DNA of 64,000 bases from Podarcis erhardii. Taxonomy: Eukaryota. Numbering within the stretch: position 1 is the first letter of the stretch; the number at the start of each line of letters is the position of its first letter. Below, piece after piece: positions 22,544-34,300 of this stretch. Where the stretch lies: the NCBI GenBank assembly GCA_964252035.1, contig OZ176201.1; one strand, 5' to 3'. The translations under genes were made by a program, and so were the position numbers. The notes under the pieces were generated by a model. It had not been told where the DNA came from and ran no database searches. It worked only from the letters and a program-made list of their open reading frames with translations.

Positions 22544-25500
22544 ATTTGGTTCAAATGGATCACCTCTCTTCCTAGGCAAGCAACTTAACAGCCTATTTAA
22601 AAATGGAAAGAGATGGAAAAACAAGACCAAAGAATAAGAGAGAGCTTAAGGTGGAATGGTGGAGAATGGAGATGATGACTGAGGGCAGCACAATATGAGC
22701 AGCAAAATGGCAAGGGGATGGGAAGTGTCTTTTTTAAACAGAACAACAAACCAGCAAAAGGGCTTAATAAGAGAGAATGGAGGATAAAAAAAGTTGTGAA
22801 ACCTAAGCCAGTAGAGGGGCTGAAGTGGATAAAGGGCATACAAATTGCAAGCTTGGAAATTCCAGGGAAGGACTTTCAAAGGCGTGCAGACTGTCAGACA
22901 TTTCTAGGCTTAAACCAAGAGGCCTTGGATTGGTCACAGACTTCTTCCTTCTTAGTGGCTGCTGGTCAGGTGAGGGAATGCATAGACAGTTCTTATAGAC
23001 AATTTCAGCTGCGGCATTCATTTGTCAATCTATAATTCTCTTGGCCTGGAAAATCAAATGAAAGCAGATGACCAGTCTGGTGCCATCAGCTGATAAAAGG
23101 TTTCTGGAGCTGCTGCTTTCCCTTGCTCTGGGCAGTTTGTCAAAGTGGGGGGGGGGCACCCAGCTCTTCCATCAGCACTACCAGACTGAGGGCTTATACA
23201 CACTTACCTTTTGCCCCGTTTGGACACAGAGCTTTAAAGCAGTGTGTGTGTGTGTGTGTGTAGAACCTCAGTTAGCTATGTATTTTTATTGATTGGGAGG
23301 GCAGCTGTCCCCCCCCCCCCAGCTACTCCCAGGGATGGGGATTATTTGGGTTGATTGTGTGGCACCATTGAGGAAGAATCACTGCCCTATTTCAGTCCTC
23401 TTGTGCTGGTCACTGTAACTTCAGACACCCCAAGATGCTACCAGTTTTCTGTAAAACTGTTAGTCTGGCCCAGGTATGACTTGAGGATTTATTTTTTAGC
23501 GCTGATCAACTCTTTGAGCCCAGAGATGAACAGGGTAAATAATGTCCTATGGACCCCATTGGATATTTCATTGCCTTTTGATATTACTTATCATGAGGTG
23601 TTGATGACCTGCTTGCAGGACCTGGTGATAGTTTGCCTTTTGGCATCTCATATCTAACAAATTACTTCTTCCCCTGTGTCACTTTAAAATCTCGAAGGAT
23701 GACTGACAGCAACTCCATGACACTCACTTTCTGTCCTTGGAGATTCATTAAAGCCCAACTTGAGCATATTCCAAACAAATTATAAAGCAATTCTATTTTT
23801 GTTAGCTTTTAGCAACTGCATTTATTATCAGATTGGGACGGGAGGCAGGGGGAATTGGTTGGGGTTATAATAAGGTCTGTTTTTTGTGATATTTGATAGT
23901 TTACAGTTTATGTTTTTTAGACTCTGTTTTTATTTTTTTGATCATAAGCATGTTAAAACCTGCCCTAAGCCATTCATAAAGGGTAAGATATAAAATGTGT
24001 TTATTTGATTTTTATAAGAGGAAACTGGCTTACAGAGAGGTACATAGGACAAGACTCTCTTTGGCCATTCTGCAGCCAAGCAGGAATGGAACTTATGAAT
24101 TACTGATGTCCAGTTTCCTTTGGTAATTTTAGCATTACTTATTTATGAGCCTGAAACCCAACAAATGACAGGAAATGTGTGGAAAAATTCTGTACTGCTC
24201 TCTTTCATCTGGCTTCCCTCTCCCACCTTTTGCAACATCTATTTTGAGCCTCTCACTCTGAGCTACCTGCTCTAATTGGCTTTCCTTTTTGGATATCTTG
24301 CAGATAGCTTCTTGGTCCTTTGCTGCTTGCCCTTTCTAGCATAGGTGTCTGTATTTGTGCTTGGCAAGTCCTTCACCTGTTTACTTGAACCCTTCCAAAT
24401 GTGAATGTGTAAGGCAAGTGGTACTTCAACTGCTGCAGAACTTGCCTTCACAGCAGCCTCAATAAAGTAAATTGTTTAGGCTAAAGTATGGGCCAGCTGG
24501 TTGCTAGGCAATCCTTTTGTATTTGCAGCAAGGTAAGTACAGGCTGCACACACACACACACACCATACATCTAAAGCACTTTTAACACGTCCACTCCCCC
24601 TGAAAAATCATAGGAAATGTAGTTTACCTCTCACAGAGCTACAGTTCCCAGAACCCTTAACAGACTACAGTTCCCAGTATAGTGTGCTTCCATTTATGAG
24701 TTGGAGTTTGGGATTTGCAGTCCTACAGGGAGGAATGAGAAGAAAGTGACTGCTGGATTATTGATGCCACGATGGACGGAAGCCTGTATATTCTGCCTTA
24801 CTGTGAAATGAATTTAATGTTGCGCTAAGACAATTGTTCTGCCATGGCAGGTATTTCAGCTTGCTTGACTGAACAACTCACAGCTCCTCTCCCTCTCTCG
24901 ACAGCCCCCAAGCCAATTCTGAGGGGCATGCCGAGGGGAGGGAAGAAAGCCTGCTGCACGTGTGGAAGTCCCTGTATAGGGCATCTGCTGACAGGATTCA
25001 TTAGCTGAATCCCAGTTTATCACTTTCCTGTTACAGTTACAGTTAAGAGGCATTTTAGGATTGTCTTCTAAGTGAAAGGTCACAGGTTTTCCATGCATAG
25101 TCTGTTATTTTTGCCTATTTTCCAGCTTGCTGGTGGTTCTTTTACTCAGGGTGGTGAAGCTGGTCAGGATAAAAATGTGTGGAAAATAGGTAGCCCAAGA
25201 AATAGTCATGAGGAGAGCTCTTTCCACAATCATATATATCCGCTTTCCTAGTACCTAGAGAGTGCTAGGTACAGTACTTTGTTATTCCAATCAGCATTTC
25301 TGCAATTGCTAAAAGTGATGTGTTGCCTCTGAAGCACTGAGATTCTGATGTATGGGATGAAGATGGGAGAAAACGCGAGTGGGCGCCTTGGAACCTGTTA
25401 GTTCCAAAAGCCAGCTCTTTCTTCCTATCTGCCAAGTTCTCAGAATATCAGGTCATGGAATGCAAATGAAAGCCTCTCTAAAGATGCTCTCCCAGGGTGA

Positions 25501-26282
25501 GCATTTTAATGACATTGTGAGCTGCTTATTAAACTGTAACCTGCCATTTCTGGGAGCGTTCACTCATGTTCTCAGTTTAATTATCCCTCTGTGGCAGTCT
25601 CAGTGTGAGTACCTGTGTGCACGTGTGCAGAGTGTATGAATATCTTCACCAAACAAAATACACCCCCCCATGTTTTCATTAGAAGGCCTTTAGGACTCTG
25701 TGGTTTCTGTCCTGTGGCACACTGGATAGCTTGAGAGGTGTTTTAATTGCTTTCTAGCTGAGAAGTCCATCTGTCTTTGCCCTTTGTAGAGGATGCCATC
25801 ATTCCAAGCCACATATTGCAGGACAGGTGTTACTAATGCAGTCTCCACAATCAAAGCTAACTCCAGTCTGGTTCATTTTTTACTGCAGGAATTTTAAAAA
25901 GCGTCCAAGAGTTAGAACTGGTGAACCATACTGTAGCGCTGTCTGTGGCAGAAAGAGAGGGGGCAGGGGAAGAGATGATAGGAACACCTCAGTCCGTTCT
26001 GCTTTTGAGAGGTGGGGGGGGGGGGGGCTTACCCAATTCCACTTTGAAGCAGAATTTGATGGCAGGATTGAAGATATGCCCACAGAGGAACTGAGTCAGA
26101 CAAGGATCTGGATTTGGTGGAGATTATGGACTTCTGTTGCAACACTTGAAAGCCTTCCTTGATAAAGCTGCACTATACATATTCATAAGTGTTGTGCACC
26201 AGCATGGTACAAGATGTCATGGTGTTATGTCAGTACAGGAAGCCCTGCTCTTGCCCACTAGAAATAGAAACAGCAACAGCAG

Positions 26283-26283
26283 C

Positions 26284-26315
<32 letters not shown>

Positions 26316-26316
26316 C
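26283..26316. repeat. (CAA)n microsatellite
   Basis: About 11 CAA units, preceded by degenerate CAG/CAA units. Confidence 0.95.
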
Positions 26317-26394
26317 GAAGCCTAGACTTCTAGGCATGTACAGACCCCTTTACACAAAAAGTGCCCCCTGCCTTAGTCTACAACACTAGGGAGC

Positions 26395-26927
26395 CATCAA
26401 GAGGAAGGTAGTAGTACCACTCTGTTCTGCCTTGGTCAGACCACACTTAGAGTACTGTGCCCAGTTCTGGGCACCACAATTTAAGAAGGATATTGATGAA
26501 CTAGACTGTGTACAGAGAAGGGCAACCAACATGATAACGGGTCTAGAAACCAAGCGTTATGAGGAACAGTTGAGGGAACTGGGTACGTTTAGCCTTGTAA
26601 AGAGGAGATTGAGAAGAAATAGGATAGACAACGTCAAATATCTAAAGGGATGTCACATGGAGGATTGAGCAAACTTGTTTTCTCCTGAGGGTGGGCCCCA
26701 AACCAATGGATTCAAGTTACAAGAAAGGAGCTTCTGACTAAAAATTAGGAATAACAATAAGAGCTGCTTGCTGGTGGAACAGACTCCCATGAGAGGTGGT
26801 GAACTCTCTTTCCTCGGAAGTTTTTAAGCAGAGGCTGGATGGTTATCTGTCATGAATGCTTTAGTTGAGATTCCTTCATTGCAAGGCATTGGGCTAGATT
26901 ACCCTTCCAACTTTACAATTCTATGAT
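26395..26927 (+). mobile_element. CR1 LINE 3' region
   Basis: Translation [60 protein letters not shown]; ends aattctatgattt. Confidence 0.93.
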
Positions 26928-27565
26928 TTTATTAAATGTTGTGCTCATTCTACTTCTTTAAGCAGTGAGAAGTTCCTTGGGGACAGGGCTTTTTGAGTTT
27001 AGTTTCCTTTTGAAAGAAACATGAGAACAAAACTAGCCAAACCCTGGCATACTTTTAAAACTGGAATTCACTTTTTTATTATTTAGTTTTTGTAGTCTCA
27101 CTGTAAATGGGTTATTCTATAACTGTTATAGGATCCCTGGGGTCATCTAAGCTAGCCAGACCTCTTTGGTGCTGTCACACATCACAAAATTGGGCCAGAT
27201 TAATGACACTTCCACTAAATATGAAATAATTATTTTGGATTAATGGACTAAATACTTATTTTGGATGAATTAGCACAGCCTACAATGCTGTACTGTCATG
27301 GAAATTGGATTTTAATTGATTTGATTAATTAGCTGCTTCTGTGATGCTGTGTTCTTCATTTATTCTAATGATGCTGCCTATTGCTTTTTTAAATGTGTGG
27401 ATTATAAAGTGCTCAGGAGTCCTAAGGGAGAAAATATGCTTGTATAACTATAATAAATAAAAAAGTTATCAAATATTGAAAACTATTCCAAAGAAAAAAA
27501 CAGGTTGGATGTGTGGGAACCACCAGGGGGAAGTGCAGAGTGACTAAGAAACAGATGTTCTGAAT

Positions 27566-27656
27566 CAGCTTTCCCCAACCTAGTGCCCTCCAGAAGTTTT
27601 GGGATGATGGGAGTTGTAATTCAAAACATCTGGAGTTCACCAGGCTAGAAAGGTTG
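27566..27656. mobile_element. Internally deleted hAT-type MITE
   Basis: cagctttccccaacctagtgccctccaga...gatgatgggagttgtaattcaaaacatctggag. Confidence 0.65.
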
Positions 27657-28869
27657 TTTTAAACTATCTGCCTTATATCTGACTAGTGTAATGCCAGTTC
27701 TTGTGAAAAGGCTCTTTCACCCTTAAAGTTTTAAGGTGAGAATAAACTCTTGTGTTGAACTCATGATCATGTCACTTATGGGCAAGCCTAAGTCCTCAGT
27801 TAGGGAGCCACATGCTTCCAAAGTCTTTGTCCTTGAATATTTAGTTTTAGTTGTATTCATATAATAGGGAATGTATAAGGAAGAGTAGTAGGCGGGCTAG
27901 ATAAGAAAGCATTATTGGGACAGAAGTGGAAGGGGGTGAAGTTTATATACAATACTCATCAAAATGGAACAGTGAATAGTTGTCTCCCAAGTGCTGAAAG
28001 GATTAAGGAATGTTGCTTGTGACTTGTCATTAATTTGAATTTGAATGGTATTACAGTTTAAGTCAATTAATAACTTAATTTTCTTTTAGTCAAATTCTTT
28101 TTTGCTGAATTGGAATGGATAAAATAAAACAGCTTAACCAAAGCAAAATGGGGGAAGAAAATGTTCCCTGGATATATTTGTCTGAAGGCATTCAGGACTT
28201 TATGGGCAAAAGCAACATCTTGATTGGTGTCTGGTCAACAGTGGAAAATGCCAGGTGCAGAATCTAGTGTGAAGCATTTCAATGATAATATAGCAGGTCT
28301 TAAGAGAATTTAACGTGACTTATGTAGAGAATCTAATTTTGACTTCTGTGGCCTCTAGAGGTATCCACTACAATTGTTTTTATTTTCCACATGTAAATCA
28401 TGTTAAAATAATTATATTGCTGTTCTCTCCTAATGGCTCCACAGTTTGTGTATCACAAATTAAAAATCAAGTGGCACATTTTGCAGATTAATAGAACTTG
28501 CAGTTTAGAGAGCTCTAGAGACCACCAGGCAGACGTTGGGAGGTCCTTATGGAATTGTTTTGCTTGTGTTCCTTTTTAAAGTACGTCTTTTGACTAGGAA
28601 GAGCTGATCTAGCCATGTTGCTTTCTTTTGGTGACTGGGCCATGGAGCAGACCACTAGGGACATTATGTACCTTGGAGAAGATATGGCATTTTCATAGCA
28701 TCTCTTGGGGAACAACTCTGTCTCCCCTGCCTCAATGAGTTGGGTAGGAAATGTTGATATATTACTTATAACTGGTGTGCTGTATGCACTAAAGTCCTGA
28801 TTGTTATGCTTAAAAGCAAGAGAGAGAGATCTATTAACTGATGTGTTCATATCTGTGGATTCTCAAAGA

Positions 28870-29034
28870 TGGGAAATGGCGGTAGTTCAGTAGAGCACAT
28901 GTTTTGAACAGAAAAGGTCCTAGGCATCTCAAAGTAGGGTTAGGAAAAGCTCCTGTCTGAAATCCTGAAGAGCCAGAACTGAGCAAGACTGACCACTGGT
29001 CTCACTCAGTATATAAAGCAGTTTTCTGTGTTCC
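28870..29034 (+). mobile_element. tRNA-derived squamate SINE (Squam2/Anolis SINE2-like), degraded
   Basis: gttcagtagagcacatgttttg...ctcctgtctgaaatcctgaagagcc...cagtatataaagcagttttctgtgttcc; homologous to 41043-41211. Confidence 0.65.
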
Positions 29035-30516
29035 CAGCTTCCTTTGTACTCATCTATAAATCCAAATTGCTCTTCAAAAATTATCCTCTTCACTTTCACT
29101 TAAGATTTTGATGATGTATCTTCCTTTATCGCAGCAATGTTACCCTTGATTTATCAGAGGTCCCATGCTAATTCAACTTGACCCTAACGTTTTTCTTTCT
29201 TCAGAGTAGCATTTTATGGTAGGAATCTGCAGAGTGGGGGAAATCTTTCTTTTCGATTCATCACAAAATTAATCTTAGTTCAGTGTGCTCTTGTTAATAG
29301 CTCTAAGATTATATATCTGGTTGTTTTCATGGCCAGGCACTGATTTGCTCCCCTCCCCACCCTTTCCACTTTTAAAAAGCCTGAATTCTTGCAAGACTGG
29401 CTTCTTTGCTGGAACAGCTGCCTCGGATTTATGAAACCTGATTGTGTTCCATAGATGACATTGATCTTATGCTTTGGACCGCATTCCAGAGATTGAACAA
29501 TGGGCTTGTTTTCTTTTGTCTCAGAACGAGGATCAAGCACATAGTCTGGGGGAAGCACTGCCTATGACCCATCTTGCCATTCTTACTGACGTGTACATTT
29601 CCACAGACGTTTACTGACAGCTAGTTCTCAGTGGCTTTTAACCGACAGGCTACATGTTGGGTGGCAGCCCCCAGCTGCATGTCAGTTTCCATCAGTTTGT
29701 GGATTCTCAGTAACTGGTAGTGTTGATGTTTTTTTAACAACAACAAAACCTGTCAAGATTGTCTAGGATATGGTGTGAGATGCAACAGCATTCTGTACAA
29801 TTTGATAGGCTACAGAAGGGAATGCTTCTTCATATATTGGAATGGGGGGGGGGGTTGATTAACTATCATTTACATTTTGTTAATATTTGGAACAAGAACT
29901 AAAGTGAGAAGGATCTAAACTAAAATATGTATCTGTTCCAATAATATTTTTTTCCCCAGTTACTGAAGGAAGTAGGATATTGATGGTTGTCAACCACCAG
30001 ATGTTTGTTGGAATTAAGTGCTTCTATACGGAATTGTAAACACCCAGCTACCTACCAGACATCATTGGCAATCGCTGTGTGATTCATTCTGACACAAGAA
30101 TGCTTTTGAGGCTCTTCTAAATCTTCAGGAGTGCTTTCTACTATTGCTTGCTGGTGGGTTGACTGTAACCCAATTTCACTGATTGACATTTTGTTTTCAT
30201 CATTCATACAGTTGTAGCATTTTGTTTAGACTACTGTTAATAGTCTCTTTGCAGGATTGCCCTTGAAGTTAGCTCAGAAACTTTCAGTTACTGCAGGATG
30301 CAGAAGTCTGGGCTTTGACTAAAATTCAGAAGTCACCTCACCTCACTATGGTTTAATGTAACTGTGCTGCCTACAGTTTACTTCTGGCTCGGTTCAAGGG
30401 CTCACTGTTAAATACTGTAATGGCTTGTTTCCTGCACATTTCAAGTACCAGTAGCACCTAATGCCTTATCTTTCACATAATTCACTGAGAGCATACCTGG
30501 AGGTCTTACTCTACAA

Positions 30517-30653
30517 CAGGTGTGGGGAACCTTTATTCCTCTAGATGTAGCTGCACTAAAACTCTAGTCACCCATGGCCATTGGCCATGCTTGCTGGGGT
30601 TGATGGGAGTTGTCCTTCAGCAACATCTAGAGGGCCAAAGGTTCTCACCCCTT
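30517..30653. mobile_element. 137-bp hAT-type MITE
   Basis: TIRs CAGGTGTGGGGAACCTTT and AAAGGTTCTCACCCCTT; 8-bp TSD ctctacaa / ctctaaaa (7/8 match, central TA). Confidence 0.85.
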
Positions 30654-30711
30654 CTCTAAAACCGACATTTCCTCTGATTAAATAGGAGAGACTACAGAAT
30701 TTGTCTAATTA

Positions 30712-31360
30712 TCTTTATTATTTGTTAAATTTCTATGCTGCTTTTCATCCAAGGATCACAGGGTGATTTACAATATAAAAACACAAAAATGCATACCATA
30801 ATAATAAACAAAAACAAAAACCTCCAGTTTAGAAGGCCATAGATTGTTTAATTAGCCAAAAGCCTGGGAAAAGTGAAATATTTTTGAATGCTGCCTAAAG
30901 ATATGTAACAAAGGCACCAGGTGAGCCTACCTAGGGAGAGCATTCCACAAGAAGAGAGCTACTGCAGAATAGGCCTGTTCTCGTGTTGCCACCTTCCGGA
31001 CCTCTCATGGAAGAGGCACATGAAGAAGGGCCTCAGATGATGATCACAGAGTCTGGGTTGGTTCATGTGGGGAGAGGCAGTCCTTGAAGCATTGTGGTCC
31101 TGAGCCGTTTAAGGCTTTATAGGTCAAAAGCAGCACTTTGAATTGGGCCCACAAATTAACTGGCAACCAGTGCAGTCGGTCAAGGATTGGCATTATATGC
31201 TCAAACTGCCTTGCCTCGTTGAGCAACCTGGCCACTGAATTCCACACCAGCTGAACTTTCCAAACTGACTTCAGAGGCAGCTCTGTGTATAACACATTGT
31301 AATAATTTAACCTAGAGGTAATAACACCCATACACTTGCCCGCCATTGCGAGATCCATTT
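30712..31360 (-). mobile_element. Older L2 LINE 3' region
   Basis: Translation SRLNYYNVLYTELPLKSVWKVQLVWNSVARLL...HIMPILDRLHWLPVNLWAQFKVLLLTYKALNGSGP; AT-rich tail remnant near 30712. Confidence 0.9.
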
Positions 31361-34300
31361 AGTGTCCTTTCCTTACACCAGTATTGCAGAACCTTTGGCC
31401 AGTCAGGGCTTTGAAGCAATTTATAGAAAGTTTTGTCCACCTCCCAATCATGGAGGAACGTAGGCAGATATATGATATTCCAAATTACTTCCCTCAGTCC
31501 TTTCTTCAGATGGTCAGTGGAAGCATCCCGTCTTTTTGGAACTGTGGGTGGATTTTTAGTTTTGAGAAAATGGCTGCGGGGGTCTCATGGGGGGTGTCTC
31601 ATAGCTTCTCTCCCACATCTAGGTGAATCATTCCTCCCCAAATTCTGAACTGTCTGACTTTTTCCCATTTCTGTGTATAATTATCTGAGAAATGAGAAAC
31701 ATTTACCAGAGACTGTAATAATTGTTGTTCAGTTCTCTACAGTCTTTTTGCATGTTATGGCTGTTAAATGGTGAAGTCACCATGTGTTTTCTTTTTTGGG
31801 CTTAGTAATTGGTCTTGTGAATGCTGTGAGACATGTTGAGATAGCACCTCACCACTCCTGGCTGCATTTACATTTCAAAGCTTTTTTAGGAGGTGCTGAA
31901 TTGTAGACTCCACACATGTTAGAGATGTAGTGGAACACTCTCAAGACTAGTCAGTGCTGAAAAAAGGAAGGGGAAGGAGAGTCAACCTGCGGTGGCTTTA
32001 CTACATAATCATCATAAAGAGGTCATGTGAATTGGCCTTGGACTGTTCTTTACACCACTTCACTGACAGAAATGTGAAGATAGGCTCTAGCAAGATGAAA
32101 CCATTTCAGTCCTCTTGCTGTCACATCACAAGCTGTCATCCTTATGTGTTTATTTTATTTATATCTTGTAAGCTATACAAGTTAGGAAGTGGGAGGCATT
32201 TATATATCAGAACCAGTGGGTATAAGGAGAACATTTATGCTTAGTTTTAAATCTTGCCTAGCATGAGGTGGTGGGGTGACTAGAATCCTTATGAAAAGTT
32301 CCACAAGATTAGATTCTCCCACCAAAAAAGTCAGGCACTAATGCAAACGTGATTGTTTGAATTAGCCTAAAGGCCTCTTGAAGAACTTGTGAAATAGTGG
32401 AGCTTTGTATTTAAACTATTTATACATACAACTCTATATTTTTATTTTTAATGGATATTCCCAAAATTCAGGGTGTCTAGTTCTTCTGTTTGTTTTCCCA
32501 TTAGGCTTCATACATTTTCTTTTCTGCTGGAGATGTTTTATGACTGTTAACAGTTATTTACCACCTGTCAAATATTCAGTGATCTTCAGAGTCTAGTAAG
32601 TGACCTATAACTTTCCATTGACCCAGAGTCTAGACACTGGGTCAAAAGGTCTTGGAGTGGATGTGTCATGTCCAGTATGGCTGAACACAGTATAGCTGCC
32701 AGTGCCTCAGGACACAAGAAGAAATGACTTTTGGACCTTCTGCCTTAGGCTCGGACTGCCTTGCTTGTCACATTGTCAACCAGACTGAGAGGCCACAGGA
32801 GGTGGCATACTCTGAATGTTGGTGCTGCAGAGGCTGGGTTGAGAAGTGGAAGCTTCCTAAGTTATCATTCATTATTTTCCTCAAAACCTGAAACAGGTCT
32901 GCTTCTGCAAAACACATGTTACAGTTCCCCAGTGGTTTTACTCATGCCTGTGAGACAATGCCTCCATGAGATAAGAGAGTTTCTGTATCTGTTGGCTTTG
33001 TCAGGTAAGATTTACAAAAAAGTTACAAAAAATGATACTTAAATTTCAAGCATGTATTTTACTTTTGGCATTAGTTGGTACATCTCCCCTAAAGTTTATG
33101 ACTGTAGCTTTGATTACTGTGGTTCAATCGTTCTACCAAGGATGAATCACACTTCTGGGGCAAAGGCAGAGAGGTATCCTCTTCATCTCAGCAAGGAAGG
33201 AGATATAACAGAAGGCATAAGGTCTCACTGACCCCCTGTATGCATAGTACACTTTTAGTGGTGAATGGTGTAAATAGTTGAACAGTTGCCACACGATTGT
33301 TGTCATGTTCACTACAGTCGCTTTTTATGTGGTAGCTATCAAATAGTGGTCACTATGTGTCAACTTTTTAAAAAATGGGAACTGATTTTGTGAATGCTGT
33401 GGGATGTATTACCCTCAGCCTATCATGGGGGCAAGGGAAACATTACCTCCCAGATGAGAAGGAATTCCCTGCCACTAGTGTCAATCAGAAAATCCATCTT
33501 GCTACTTCTTCACTGACTGCTGTTCTTGGTTTGCTTTTTCTGGGATCTTCTACTGTAGCTTCCTGCAGTCAGAAAACAGGGCTGGGAGCTGGGTACCCCT
33601 TCTGACTCAACTATACTGCAACTATACTGCAATTATACTGCAAATGGGAGAGTTTCTTTTTTTCTTAGATGAGAATCTTATATTCTGGAGAGACTCCTAG
33701 TGGCATAGGATTTGAGTCTCATCATTACTTGATGAGATCTTGAAGTCCATCTGTATTATCCTTTTAATAAAAGACCAAACAATAGGGTTACTTGCCCATA
33801 TGTAAATAGTAGCCATGTTATTGGTTAGTTACAAATCCTTTGTATAACTGCCAATGGAATGGCCTTTTTGTATCGAAATAGATTGTGACTGCAGTCATTT
33901 TCTAGTTCAGTGATAACTGAGATAATTGCAAAAAATACCAGTTTTATCATTCAAGTCTGCTTTATCATAGCACTTTATCATAGCTGAAGAAATGATACAT
34001 GCAAAACATTGGTTGTATAGATTTATTTCATTATTTAGTTTATTATTTATTGTGCATACTCTTGACAGTATTTGAGACCAATAACCTTTTAATTGATATA
34101 ACATCGCAATTTGTGTTCCTCTGGCTGCTAGACTAGATTGATTATCAACAGTATCTGAATCTCCAAAATGAAGAAAAGGGAGAATGAATAGTTACTGTAA
34201 CTACACACTTTATATAGCCTTTAAATTTGTGTATGTCTTTGTACAGGAATAATATCTCTCAAGCCATAACAGTGAGTCAATCTGTTAGCAAGGGTAATAA

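Noticed and set aside
25935-25955. REST/RE1 site (agcgctgtctgtgg), of interest because GRM2 is neuronal
   Set aside because: Only one half-site matches; the TGCTGAA half is absent.
28515-29558. Two antisense ORFs (111 and 92 aa) as an endogenous viral element or nested gene
   Set aside because: No viral or cellular motif recognised, no coherent splice sites, and a SINE lies between them.
33610-33642. Triple 11-mer actatactgca (and a 25-bp duplication at about 48194-48243) as a CRISPR-like or functional array
   Set aside because: Head-to-tail repeats without spacers; ordinary slippage duplications in a vertebrate intron.
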